Sequence record: NC_019410.1
DNA: 64,000 bases
Direction: 5' to 3' (one strand)
A model generated the notes under the pieces. That model was not told where the DNA came from and ran no database searches. It saw only the letters and a program-made list of their open reading frames with translations. Position 1 is the first letter of the stretch, and every line of letters begins with the position of its first letter. This document shows, one piece after another, positions 10,956 to 19,965 of this stretch. The translations under genes and the position numbers were made by a program.

Positions 10956-13900
10956 CCGATTACACGCCGATCCTGAAGCTCCCTGAGGTCGCGCCGAACC
11001 AAAACCAGAAGGAAGACACGATCAACACCGCGCTCGCCATCCTGGAGAGCGCGATGAACAACGTGAAGGTCTATACCCTCACCGGCGCGGGGCCGCGCAA
11101 CCTCACCGAGGACGACTACACCCGCTACTTCCTGCACCGGTTCTCGGGCCAGACCGCCGCCTACGAGGTCACCGTGCCGGCCGCCCTGCCGCGTTGGTTC
11201 GCGGTCGAGAACGCCGGCAGCTTCGCCATCACCGTGCGCTGCCAGGGCGTCACCGGCGGCCTGCCGTTCGAGGTTCCGCCCGGCAAGATCGGGCTGGCGG
11301 TCTCCGACGGCTCGGACGTCCGCACCGTCGTGCCGCAGTCGGGCATGGGCCTGCTCCAGGACCTCTCGGACGTCTCGGGCGTGCCGACCGACAAGCAGGT
11401 CCTGCGCTACGACGCCGCCACCAGCCTGTGGAAGCCTTCGACTTTCACGATGGCCTTCACCCAACTGACCGACGTGCCGGGCAGCTATTCGGCCCAGCAA
11501 GGCAAGCTCGTGGCGGTCAACGCCGCCGGCACGGGTCTGGAGTTCGTCACCTCGGCCTCCAACGTCAACGACTTCCTCGACCTCACCGACACGCCCAGTT
11601 CCTATGCGGGCGCGGCGGGCAAGACCGTCAAGGTCTCGTCCGGCGGCACGGGCCTCGTGTTCGGGAGCCCGACCTTCCTGGAGAGCACCGACACCCCGTC
11701 CAGCTACAGCGGCGGCGCCAACAAGTTCGTCCGGGTCAATCCCGGCTCCAGCGCCCTGATCTTCTCGGACGTCAAGCTGACCGACCTCTCGGACGGGCCG
11801 GGGACCTATACCGGCTTCGGCGGCATGTTCCTGCGCGTCAAGAACGATGGCACGGGGTTCGAGTTCAACACCGGCTCGGGCGGCCCCGATAACTTCCTGG
11901 ACCTGACCGACACGCCTGACGCGTACACGGGTCAGGGGAACAAGGCCGTGCGGGTCAAATCCGACGTCTCGGGCCTGGAGTTCTATACCCCCAACTTCCT
12001 GCTCCTGTCGGACACCCCGGCCGACTACTCGGGCGCGGCCAACAAGGTCCTGCGCGTCAATGGCGCGGGCAACGCCGTCATCTTCAGCACCCTGGCCTTC
12101 CAGGACCTCCAGAACGTCCCGACGGCCCAGGCCAACAAGTGGCTGCGCTGGAACCCGACGGCCACGGCGCTGATCAACGACACCCCGACCTTCCTGGGTC
12201 TGTCGGACACCCCGGCGGCCTATACCGGCAACGAGGGCAAGTACGTCTACGTCAAGGGTGACGGCTCGGGCCTGGGCTTCACCGCGACCTCGGCCAATCT
12301 GTCGTTCCTGGAATTGAACGACACGATCGACACCACCTACGATTCCAAGACCGACATGGTGCCGATCGTCACCATCGTCTCGGGATCGCCGGTTCTGCAA
12401 CTGGGCTACTACGCCTTCGCCAAGTTGGCCGGGATCAGCCTGTCCTCGCCGACCGAGGGCCAAATCCTCGGCTACAACGCCACCTCCGGCCTGTGGACCA
12501 ACATCGACGCGCCCGAGGGCGGCGGTGGCTCGATCGGCGTGCCGTCGTATGGAGCGCATCCCTATTGGCGCCTGCTCCTGCACGCCACCGACGGTTCGAC
12601 CGTCGAGTACGGCATCCAGGAGATCGAGTTCAAGCACACCAAGACCGGGGCTGATCTGGCCAATGGCGGCACCGCCTCGGCCTCCTCGACGGCCGAAGGG
12701 TCGCCGGATGGGGCTTTTGACAACACCGTGGGTGCGGCGTGGTTCTCCTCGACGGCGGCGGATGGCCAGTGGATCAAGTACCACTTCACCGCGCCGGTCG
12801 ACGTGCGCTACCTGACCCTGAAGGGCTCGCAGTCGCGGCCTAACGGCTCGCCCTCGGCCTTTTCCGTCCAGTACAGCGACGACGACTCGGCCTGGACCAC
12901 CGCCTGGGAAGTCACGGGCCAGACGGGCTGGGCGGCGGGCCAGACCCGCGAGTTCCACGCCCCGATCGATCTCTTCTTCACCGACCTCGCCGACGCGCCG
13001 CCCAGCTACATCGGGCAGGCGGGCAAGGCCCTGCGCGTCAACACCGGCGAGACCGCCCTGGAGTTCTTCACGCCCGCCACGACCCTGGCGACCATGGGCG
13101 ACGTCGACTTCACCTTCCCGCCGACCGATGGGCAGGTCCTGGCCTTCGACAACGCGACGGGCAAGTGGAAGCCCTACACCCTGACGTCCGAGGCCCAGCA
13201 GCCGGCCTTCCGGGGGGAATGGTCCGGCTCGGGCGAGAACGTCACCCTGACCTTCGATTCCCTGACCATTCCAAGCGAGTTGACGCCCGACGCCACCGGT
13301 TGGACGATCGTGGGGCAGGCCGACGCTACGGCCGGCACCACCCAGGCCCTGAAAACGCGCCCGATCAGCCACAACGGGCTCTGCTATATCCAGCAGACCG
13401 TCAACTTTGTCGGCGATACGCCGTTCAAGGTGCGCTACAAGGTTTCCTCTGAATCGGTGGACCTGTTCCGCGTTCTGGTGGATGGCTCGCAGGTCTACTC
13501 CGACGGCGGGAACAACGGGACCTTCGAAGAGTTCTCGACGACCCTGTCGGGCACGCACACCATCCGTTATCAGTACACCAAGGACCCTAGCGCTTCCATC
13601 GGCGATGACTGTGTCTATATCAGCCAGATCAGCTACAAGAAGGTTCTGGACACGCCGTTCATCTACGGTGACACCGTCACCTATCTTGGCGAGACCTATT
13701 TCTGTCTGACCAGCAACACCACCGAGACGCCGGGCACGGGGAACGACTGGGTCAAATACGGCGGCTCGGGCTCGGGCACCTTCCTGGGTCTCACCGACAC
13801 CCCGGCCAGCTATTCGGGACAGTCGCTCAAGGCCGTGCGGGTCAAGGCCGACGAGACGGGCCTGGAGTTCTACACCGCCGCGACCGGCGGCAGCGGCGGT

Positions 13901-15190
13901 GCGGGCGGCGTCCTGCCCGAGCGCACGCGCCTGCATCGCACCACCACCCAGGCGATCCCGTCGGGGACCTGGACGGCCGTCCAGTGGGACTCGGAAGTGG
14001 AGGACCCGGTCGGGGCCTTCGTGTCGAGCGCCAATACCCGCATCACCGTCCCGGCCGGCGTCCAGAAGGCGCGGGTGACGGCCTATACGACCTGGAACAC
14101 CAGCCCCACCAGCGCGACGATTGGCTTGGCGCTGCGGCGCAATGGCGTCGAGATTGGCGCCTCGGGCGGCACCAACATCGCCGCCACCCGGACGGGGTTC
14201 GCCGAAAGCCACCTGAACCTCACCTCCGAATGGTTCTCGGTCACGCAGGGCGACTACTACGAGGTCTATGTCCTCCAGAACTCCGGCTCCTCCCAGTCCC
14301 TGAACGGGCCGGTGTCGAAGTTCGGCGAGCACTCCTATGTCCAGTTCGAGTGGGACGTGGGACCGGCGGCCCAGCAGTACGAAGCCCACGCCGCCCATCA
14401 GGGCTGGCGCGTGGTGGTCACCGAGAGCCAGACCGACACCTTCGCGACGATCGCGGAATTGAAGTTCTACGACCGGTCCGGAACCTTGGTCCCGACGACG
14501 GGCGGCAAGGTCTACGACACCAACTCCCACGGGACCTATCCGGCCTCCCAGGCGTTCGACGGCAACACCTCCACCTACTGGTCGTCGTTGCAGCAGACCT
14601 CGACCGACCTCCCCGGCGGTCCCGGCTATATCTTTGCCTCGGGCGTGGACGTGGGGTCGTTCAAGATCACCACCACCGGCTCGGACTTCAACACCACCAA
14701 CTCCCCCAAGAACTTCTCGCTGCAATATACCGACGACGATGGGGCGTCGTGGAAGACCTACGCGATCTATACCAACCAGACGGGCTGGGGCGTCAGCGAG
14801 GAGCGCACCTTCACCGTGCCGGTGGTGGGCGTGGCGGCCAACGCGCCGGGCGGCGGCAACACCTCGGCCGACTTTGGCTCCTTCATCGCCGGCAAGCCCC
14901 TGGCCAGCGAGAAAGCGATCCGCTTCGTGGTCGCCACCCCGTTCACGGTCACGACCGGCGTCCACCAAGGCTCGGCCGAGACGGCGGCGACCGCTTCGCG
15001 CACGTTCAGCTTCGCCAAGAATGGCGTTGAGTTCCTGACCGCGACCTTCGCGGCGGCGGGGACGGTGGCCACGTTCTCGGCCAACACCGCCACGAGCTTC
15101 GCCGCCGGGGACATCCTGCTGATCACCGCCCCGTCGACCCAGGACGCCACCCTGGCGGACATCTCCTTCACCCTCAAGGGAATCCGATAG
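10952..15190 (+). CDS. Large tail fibre protein: DUF2793-like N-terminus, tandem 'FL.L.DTP..Y.G...K.V.V...G.GLEF' repeats and two discoidin (F5/8C)-like domains
   Basis: 1412 aa; the repeats are visible in the translation; two YWR/GWR...I.E..F...AFD.N....W.S modules. Confidence 0.8.
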   Translation: MTDYTPILKLPEVAPNQNQKEDTINTALAILESAMNNVKVYTLTGAGPRNLTEDDYTRYFLHRFSGQTAAYEVTVPAALPRWFAVENAGSFAITVRCQGVTGGLPFEVPPGKIGLAVSDGSDVRTVVPQSGMGLLQDLSDVSGVPTDKQVLRYDAATSLWKPSTFTMAFTQLTDVPGSYSAQQGKLVAVNAAGTGLEFVTSASNVNDFLDLTDTPSSYAGAAGKTVKVSSGGTGLVFGSPTFLESTDTPSSYSGGANKFVRVNPGSSALIFSDVKLTDLSDGPGTYTGFGGMFLRVKNDGTGFEFNTGSGGPDNFLDLTDTPDAYTGQGNKAVRVKSDVSGLEFYTPNFLLLSDTPADYSGAANKVLRVNGAGNAVIFSTLAFQDLQNVPTAQANKWLRWNPTATALINDTPTFLGLSDTPAAYTGNEGKYVYVKGDGSGLGFTATSANLSFLELNDTIDTTYDSKTDMVPIVTIVSGSPVLQLGYYAFAKLAGISLSSPTEGQILGYNATSGLWTNIDAPEGGGGSIGVPSYGAHPYWRLLLHATDGSTVEYGIQEIEFKHTKTGADLANGGTASASSTAEGSPDGAFDNTVGAAWFSSTAADGQWIKYHFTAPVDVRYLTLKGSQSRPNGSPSAFSVQYSDDDSAWTTAWEVTGQTGWAAGQTREFHAPIDLFFTDLADAPPSYIGQAGKALRVNTGETALEFFTPATTLATMGDVDFTFPPTDGQVLAFDNATGKWKPYTLTSEAQQPAFRGEWSGSGENVTLTFDSLTIPSELTPDATGWTIVGQADATAGTTQALKTRPISHNGLCYIQQTVNFVGDTPFKVRYKVSSESVDLFRVLVDGSQVYSDGGNNGTFEEFSTTLSGTHTIRYQYTKDPSASIGDDCVYISQISYKKVLDTPFIYGDTVTYLGETYFCLTSNTTETPGTGNDWVKYGGSGSGTFLGLTDTPASYSGQSLKAVRVKADETGLEFYTAATGGSGGAGGVLPERTRLHRTTTQAIPSGTWTAVQWDSEVEDPVGAFVSSANTRITVPAGVQKARVTAYTTWNTSPTSATIGLALRRNGVEIGASGGTNIAATRTGFAESHLNLTSEWFSVTQGDYYEVYVLQNSGSSQSLNGPVSKFGEHSYVQFEWDVGPAAQQYEAHAAHQGWRVVVTESQTDTFATIAELKFYDRSGTLVPTTGGKVYDTNSHGTYPASQAFDGNTSTYWSSLQQTSTDLPGGPGYIFASGVDVGSFKITTTGSDFNTTNSPKNFSLQYTDDDGASWKTYAIYTNQTGWGVSEERTFTVPVVGVAANAPGGGNTSADFGSFIAGKPLASEKAIRFVVATPFTVTTGVHQGSAETAATASRTFSFAKNGVEFLTATFAAAGTVATFSANTATSFAAGDILLITAPSTQDATLADISFTLKGIR

Positions 15191-15400
15191 ATGGCCGACG
15201 GTACGGCTCGCGTAACACAGGAGACGGTGGAGATCATCTCCACCGGCCCCAAGCCCGTTCGCCTGACCCAGGAGACAGTGGAGGTCATCTCGACCTCCCA
15301 ACGTCCCACCCGTTTGACCCAGGTCACCGTGGAGGTGATCCGATCGATCGGGATCGTGACGGAACGCCCGCGCCGCCTCATCTTCATGCTCGGAGCCTGA
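15191..15400 (+). CDS. Small virion-module protein with three 17-aa repeats (R[VL]TQ[EV]TVE[IV]I)
   Basis: Abuts both neighbours in the operon; internal repeats are visible. Confidence 0.7.
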   Translation: MADGTARVTQETVEIISTGPKPVRLTQETVEVISTSQRPTRLTQVTVEVIRSIGIVTERPRRLIFMLGA

Positions 15401-15401
15401 C

Positions 15402-16490
15402 ATGGCCTATATTTTCGTCGACGGCTGCGACAGCGGCAGTAACGCCACCAACACCCCGATGGCTCAGAAGTGGAGTTGGGCCGTCACCAATACGAGCTAC
15501 CTTAACTGGGGAGGCACGGGGCGTTTCGGCGGTCAGGCCTACTATGGCGCCATCTCCTCGCTCAACATCTATGGCGCCGGGAAGTCTTTCCCGATCACCG
15601 GGACGGCGGTCGGCACCGATGAGTTCTTCATGGGGTGTAGCCTCTACATGGCCGGCACCGCCAGCGGTGGCTACATCATGACGTTCCAGAACTCGTCGCC
15701 GGTTCTCGACGGGTCGGTCACCTATAGCGCCACGGCTGCGCCCACCCAACTGGCGATCCGCCTGACCGGTTCAATGACTCTGGCGATCTATCGGGGCGCG
15801 ACGCTCCTGGCGACGGGCACCACGGTGCTGACGGCGGGCCAGTGGTATCGCATCGAGGCGCGGATCGTGATCTCCAACACTGGGGTGTTTGATATTCGCC
15901 TGAACGGCAATCCCGAGATCACCTTCTCGGGCGACACCTATGACACCGGCGACCAGGGCGTGCGACAGTTCTGCATCTTGCCGACCGCCAACACCTCCAC
16001 GTCGCTGCGTTTCGACGACATCGTGCTCTACAACAGCGCGGCGGTCGAAGGCGAGCCGACGACGTGGCTGGGCGATCTGCGGATCGACACCCTGCGGCCG
16101 ACCGCCAACGGCGATGTCGTCAACTCCACGCCGCTCTCGGGCGCGGCCTATGCGGCGGTCGATGAGGTGGCTATCGATGGCGACACCACCTATACCGAGT
16201 CGACCAATGTCGGCGACAAGGACCTCTACCAGCTAGGCGACCTGACCGAAACGCCGCAGACGATCCATGCGGTGGTCGTCACCGCCGTGGCCAAGTCGAC
16301 GGGTACGACCAATCGGGCGCTCAAGCTCAAGGTCAAGTCGAGCGTCGAGGGCGACAGCGCCGCCAAGACCGTGCCGCTGAGCGCCTATGGGAGCCTGCAA
16401 GCGTCGTTCTCGCGCGACCCGGCGACGGCGGCGGCCTGGACCGCGACCGCCGTCAACGGCATGCAGGCCGGCTGGCAGGTCGACACCTGA
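15402..16490 (+). CDS. Putative tail-associated beta-sandwich (lectin/LamG-like) protein
   Basis: Thr/Gly/aromatic-rich with GQWYRIE; last gene of the tail operon. Confidence 0.55.
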   Translation: MAYIFVDGCDSGSNATNTPMAQKWSWAVTNTSYLNWGGTGRFGGQAYYGAISSLNIYGAGKSFPITGTAVGTDEFFMGCSLYMAGTASGGYIMTFQNSSPVLDGSVTYSATAAPTQLAIRLTGSMTLAIYRGATLLATGTTVLTAGQWYRIEARIVISNTGVFDIRLNGNPEITFSGDTYDTGDQGVRQFCILPTANTSTSLRFDDIVLYNSAAVEGEPTTWLGDLRIDTLRPTANGDVVNSTPLSGAAYAAVDEVAIDGDTTYTESTNVGDKDLYQLGDLTETPQTIHAVVVTAVAKSTGTTNRALKLKVKSSVEGDSAAKTVPLSAYGSLQASFSRDPATAAAWTATAVNGMQAGWQVDT

Positions 16491-16495
16491 CGAAT

Positions 16496-16511
16496 GTCGT
16501 GAATCTTGACA
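16496..16511 (+). promoter_or_regulatory. Recurrent motif GTCGTGAATCTTGACA upstream of the lysis cassette
   Basis: Intergenic consensus copy. Confidence 0.65.
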
Positions 16512-16569
16512 TCGGCATATTTCCGGACCATAGTCAAGGCCTTGATTTTCAGCACTTCCGGAATTCCAC

Positions 16570-17211
16570 ATGCGTGTCTCCGACACCGGCCTGAAGCTGA
16601 TCCAGGCCTGGGAAGGCCTTGGTGACGGGAACCCCGCCACGGTCGACCTGGAGCCCTATGTCTGCCCGGCCAAGGTCTGGACGGTCGGTTGGGGGCACGC
16701 CCTGAAGACGCCGACCGGTCAGATCATCGACGTCGACGTCTTCGGCGCCGCCAGGGCCAAGGTCCTGGCGGCCGAATCCATGCAGCGCAAGTTTGGCAAG
16801 GGCGCGATCACCCGTGATCAGGCCGTCGCCCTGCTGCGCGAGGATGTCACGGGCTTCGAGCGCTCGGTCGACAAGATGATCGGCGCGGCCGGCGCCACCC
16901 AGGCCCAGTTCGACGCCCTGGTCTCGTTCGCCTTCAACTGCGGTTCGGCAAACCTCCAGTCCTCGACCCTCCTGCGCCTGCACAACGCCGGCAAGCGCGC
17001 GGTGGGCGATGTGTCGATGTCGGCGCTCTGCAAGGAGAGCAAGCTCTCCACGCCGATCGGCAACATCGCCGTGGCCTTCTCGCGCTGGAACAAGGTCAAC
17101 AAGGTCTGGGCGCTGGGACTGTTCCGCCGCCGGCTGTCCGAGGTCCTGGTCTATGGCGGGCATAATCCCGACGAGGCGGTCAAGGCCGCCCAGGGCTTCA
17201 AGGGCTGCTGA
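16570..17211 (+). CDS. Endolysin, GH24 (T4-lysozyme-like)
   Basis: LI..WEG...Y.CPA.VWTVGWG and QFDALVSFAFNCG motifs. Confidence 0.9.
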   Translation: MRVSDTGLKLIQAWEGLGDGNPATVDLEPYVCPAKVWTVGWGHALKTPTGQIIDVDVFGAARAKVLAAESMQRKFGKGAITRDQAVALLREDVTGFERSVDKMIGAAGATQAQFDALVSFAFNCGSANLQSSTLLRLHNAGKRAVGDVSMSALCKESKLSTPIGNIAVAFSRWNKVNKVWALGLFRRRLSEVLVYGGHNPDEAVKAAQGFKGC

Positions 17212-17213
17212 TC

Positions 17214-17702
17214 ATGAGCCTGTTCGGTGTCATCGCCCTGGCCTGGAAGTTCTTCCTCAACCCGGCTGTCATGGGCGTCGTCTTCGCGGCGATCGCCGCC
17301 CTGACGGGATTGTGGCTGCTGGGCGGCCCGGTCCTGTTCTGGAAGGTGGTGCGCGACGCGCGCCTCTGGCTCGTCGTCGCCTGCGCGGCGGTGCTCTTCG
17401 GCTACGCCCATCTCCAGACCAAGCTCGAAAAGGCCGAGCAGCGCCTGGAGGAGATCGCCGACCAGAAGCAGGCCCATGACGACGGCCAGGAGGTCGTCAA
17501 GAACAACATCAAAAAGCAGGTCAAGCGCGCCAAGCAGGCGGCCAAGTACCAAGAGGTTATTCACGATGCCCCGACTGGCGAAAAGCTCGACGCGCTCCTC
17601 GACGAGTTCGCGCGTGATCAAGGCGGTGCTGCTCCCGTCCCTGGTGATGCTCAGCCTGACCCTGGCGGCGTGTCAAACCGTCCCGGTCGGGTTCTCCCCT
17701 GA
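17214..17702 (+). CDS. Inner-membrane spanin (Rz-like)
   Basis: Hydrophobic N-terminal segments followed by a coiled coil; overlapped by a lipoprotein gene. Confidence 0.7.
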   Translation: MSLFGVIALAWKFFLNPAVMGVVFAAIAALTGLWLLGGPVLFWKVVRDARLWLVVACAAVLFGYAHLQTKLEKAEQRLEEIADQKQAHDDGQEVVKNNIKKQVKRAKQAAKYQEVIHDAPTGEKLDALLDEFARDQGGAAPVPGDAQPDPGGVSNRPGRVLP

Positions 17703-17955
17703 CGACCTCTATCCCAAGGAACTGCGGACCTGCGCGCCCGCGCCGCAGGTTCCCCCGCGCCCCGCGCCCGGCGCGCCCCGCCCCGAGGACGTCCAGGCCG
17801 GCTACGTCAAGGATGACCATCTCGCCGGCGCCGACTGCCGCGACAAGGTCGAATCCTGGAACGAGCGGGCCGTCAAGTACGAGGCCCAGTACAAGGCCAT
17901 GAACGCCGGCCCGGTCGGCAAGTTCTTCAGCAAGCTCAAGGGGAAGACGCAGTGA
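17566..17955 (+). CDS. Outer-membrane lipoprotein spanin (Rz1-like)
   Basis: GAGG RBS at 17553 before ATG 17566; lipobox LTLAAC; Pro-rich mature region; overlaps the 3' end of the i-spanin. Confidence 0.75.
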   Translation: MPRLAKSSTRSSTSSRVIKAVLLPSLVMLSLTLAACQTVPVGFSPDDLYPKELRTCAPAPQVPPRPAPGAPRPEDVQAGYVKDDHLAGADCRDKVESWNERAVKYEAQYKAMNAGPVGKFFSKLKGKTQ

Positions 17956-18431
17956 CGCCGCCCTGGATCGCCGCGCCGCTGCGGGTCTGCGGCAACTTCT
18001 TTCGCTGGGTCCGCCTGACCCTGGACACGCTCTGCGATCGCCCTGACCACCTCCAGCGCCTGTCGATCATCGGCTCGGGCATGGCGGCCTTCCCGCTGAT
18101 CATCGGGATCATCGCGATCCTGGTGCATTTCGGCCTGCACGGGCCGGACAGCGCCGCCGCCCTGGCGACCATCCCGATCATCGGCAACATGGGCTATGGC
18201 GCCCTGGCGCTCTACGCCCTCTCCCAGGTGGCGCTCCTGGGGATCATCAAGGGCGTGCGCCTTTCCGGTCCTGGCGGCGTCAATGTCGAGATCGAGACCA
18301 CCTCGGGCGATGGCGACGGCCTGTCCGACACCCACACCACGATCGTCGAGCGCGGCCGGCGTCACGGCCGCGATCACGATTGTGTCCCCAACCCTCAAGC
18401 CGGCTCTGGCGCCGGCGCTATCACGGAGTAG
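17952..18431 (+). CDS. Membrane protein, putative holin
   Basis: Two or more hydrophobic helices within the lysis cassette. Confidence 0.45.
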   Translation: MTPPWIAAPLRVCGNFFRWVRLTLDTLCDRPDHLQRLSIIGSGMAAFPLIIGIIAILVHFGLHGPDSAAALATIPIIGNMGYGALALYALSQVALLGIIKGVRLSGPGGVNVEIETTSGDGDGLSDTHTTIVERGRRHGRDHDCVPNPQAGSGAGAITE

Positions 18432-18436
18432 GGACC

Positions 18437-18610
18437 ATGCGCGAAGGCTTCATGCTGGAAGGCTATGGCGGTCTGAAGATCGGTCCGGGCGGCGGGGCTG
18501 ACCCGTACACGACCTTGGGCGACGGCGGCTCGGAAGGCTGCATCCCGGTCAAGGACGACATCTCCGGCGACAGCGGGACCGAGATCATCTCCCCGCTCGG
18601 CTATGGCTAA
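18437..18610 (+). CDS. Small hypothetical protein (57 aa)
   Basis: ATG 18437 follows GGAG/GGGA; last ORF of the lysis operon. Confidence 0.5.
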   Translation: MREGFMLEGYGGLKIGPGGGADPYTTLGDGGSEGCIPVKDDISGDSGTEIISPLGYG

Positions 18611-18630
18611 CCTTGCGACATAAGGTCGCA

Positions 18631-18670
18631 TGTCATGATCCTTGACAGAACGACGATCTTCGAGTATGGT
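18631..18670 (+). promoter_or_regulatory. Sigma70-type promoter: TTGACA (18642-47), N17, TATGGT (18665-70), embedded in a variant of the recurrent motif
   Basis: Consensus spacing; the motif variant reads TGTCATGATCCTTGACA. Confidence 0.7.
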
Positions 18671-18676
18671 CGCGGC

Positions 18677-18968
18677 TCTTCGACGGCATCCCACCGTCAC
18701 CCATGGCTCGCGACCCACCGTTCGCAGGGAGATGCTCGCGACCAAGGCGGTAGCCGGAACGACGCTAGGCTGCGAAGCCAAGCCTCCGGAACACGCAGCA
18801 GCCGGCTGGAACGCTAGGCCGTTACGTCCAAACGGGGCCAGGACCTGTGAGGCGAAAGCCGAAAGGCCCCACCACCCGACAAGGGTTCACGCGTGATGCG
18901 GAAGAGGGACGTCAGTCCTGAAGTGTCTCAGGTGCAGAAGGCCCGCCGGTTTCCCGGCGGGCCTTTTT
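18677..18968 (+). ncRNA. Unassigned structured ncRNA candidate (~290 nt)
   Basis: Has its own promoter and terminator, no credible ORF or RBS, and GNRA-capped hairpins; ends are approximate. Confidence 0.55.
18938..18968 (+). terminator. Rho-independent terminator
   Basis: AGGCCCGCCGG/CCGGCGGGCCT stem followed by TTTT. Confidence 0.85.
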
Positions 18969-18987
18969 CTGGTCTGGGGACTAGGAC

Positions 18988-19788
18988 TTAGTCGACCGCT
19001 TCCAGGCGCCGGCGCTTGGGCGCGCTCGCCGGCAGGGACGGGGCAAGATCGCCGATCTTGCCGACCACCTTGCCGAGGAACACGATCCGCTTGGGATCGA
19101 CGTCGACATGATCCTTCAGGTCGGCGCTATAGACCCGGAACGCGCCGCCCTTGGAGGGACGGGTGACGTGCGCGACCTGCATGACCTTGTCCAGGCCGTA
19201 GACGAACTCGCCGCCGGCGGTGCTGGGCTCGACGTCGCGGCGGACCACCGCCATGTCGCCCGGCTTGAGGCCAGGGGCGAAGTCGTGGATCGGGGCCAGG
19301 GCCAGATCGGTCGGCTCGGCCTCGAAGCGCTCGCGAAGCCAGTCGGGATCGAGGTTCCAGGTCCGGGCGCGCTTGAACTCGCCAAGGCGGCCTTTGAAGG
19401 TCACTTCCTCGACCGGGTTGGGCGCGCCGACCCCGAAGGTGATGTATTCGGGCGTCGTCTTCAGGACGTGGGCGATCTGCTCCAGCACGTCGATGTGCGG
19501 CTTGACGCTGTCGGACTCGTACATGATGTACGCCGTGCGCGCCAGCGGCCGGCGCTCGCCCGCCTGCTTCGGCTCCCAGCCCGGTTTGGTGCTGGAGTCC
19601 TTGCGGGAATTGCTCTGCTGGGTCAGGAAGATCATCTTGGCGACCTGTTCCTGAGTCAGGTCGAGGGCCTTCCGGCAGGCGGTGATCCGCTGCCCGATGG
19701 TCTGAGGATGCGCAAGATCGGCATCCTTGTGGATCAAGGAACGAGCGCGATGGGGCACCATCGGCTTCAGTTCGGCCACGGCTTGCAT
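18988..19788 (-). CDS. XRE-HTH / S24 peptidase (LexA/CI-like) repressor
   Basis: N-terminal HTH (RI...RKALDLTQEQVA...LEQIAHVLKTTPEYITFG) and a C-terminal S24-like domain (PGDMAVV...GKVVG). Confidence 0.75.
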   Translation of the reverse strand: MQAVAELKPMVPHRARSLIHKDADLAHPQTIGQRITACRKALDLTQEQVAKMIFLTQQSNSRKDSSTKPGWEPKQAGERRPLARTAYIMYESDSVKPHIDVLEQIAHVLKTTPEYITFGVGAPNPVEEVTFKGRLGEFKRARTWNLDPDWLRERFEAEPTDLALAPIHDFAPGLKPGDMAVVRRDVEPSTAGGEFVYGLDKVMQVAHVTRPSKGGAFRVYSADLKDHVDVDPKRIVFLGKVVGKIGDLAPSLPASAPKRRRLEAVD

Positions 19789-19965
19789 TTCGTTCTCCTC
19801 CGTCCGTCGGGAACCGCGTCATTCGGTGTCGGGGTAACACCTGACATTTGCGATGGTTCCACGCCGCAACGTTTCCTTGTCGAAATTGACAAAGAGGGGA
19901 TGTACACCCTCTTTGGCAACACATCAAGGCCAGAGATGAAAAAAGTTGTTAACCCGACTTAAGAC

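Noticed and set aside
4319-17163. Very long minus-strand ORFs (e.g. 6558-10952, 10376-15403), and similar plus-strand ORFs such as 47911-51912
   Set aside because: These are antisense shadows of real high-GC genes; third-position GC bias keeps the opposite frame open.
18750-18830. c-di-GMP-I riboswitch resemblance (AAGCCUCCGG, GGUAGC)
   Set aside because: The GGCAAACC...GAAA...GGGACGCAAAG P2 module is missing and no downstream gene is present on that strand.
18834-18870. Hammerhead-like CUGUGA-stem-GAAA core
   Set aside because: It lacks A6 of CUGANGA and has no stem I or NUH cleavage site. The CTGACGA near 41708-41714 (minus) similarly lacks the GAAA partner.
19949-19962. Full CtrA box TTAA-cccgac-TTAA
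   Set aside because: The spacer is 6 nt rather than the canonical 7, and the match lies right beside the dut stop region, so it may be chance.
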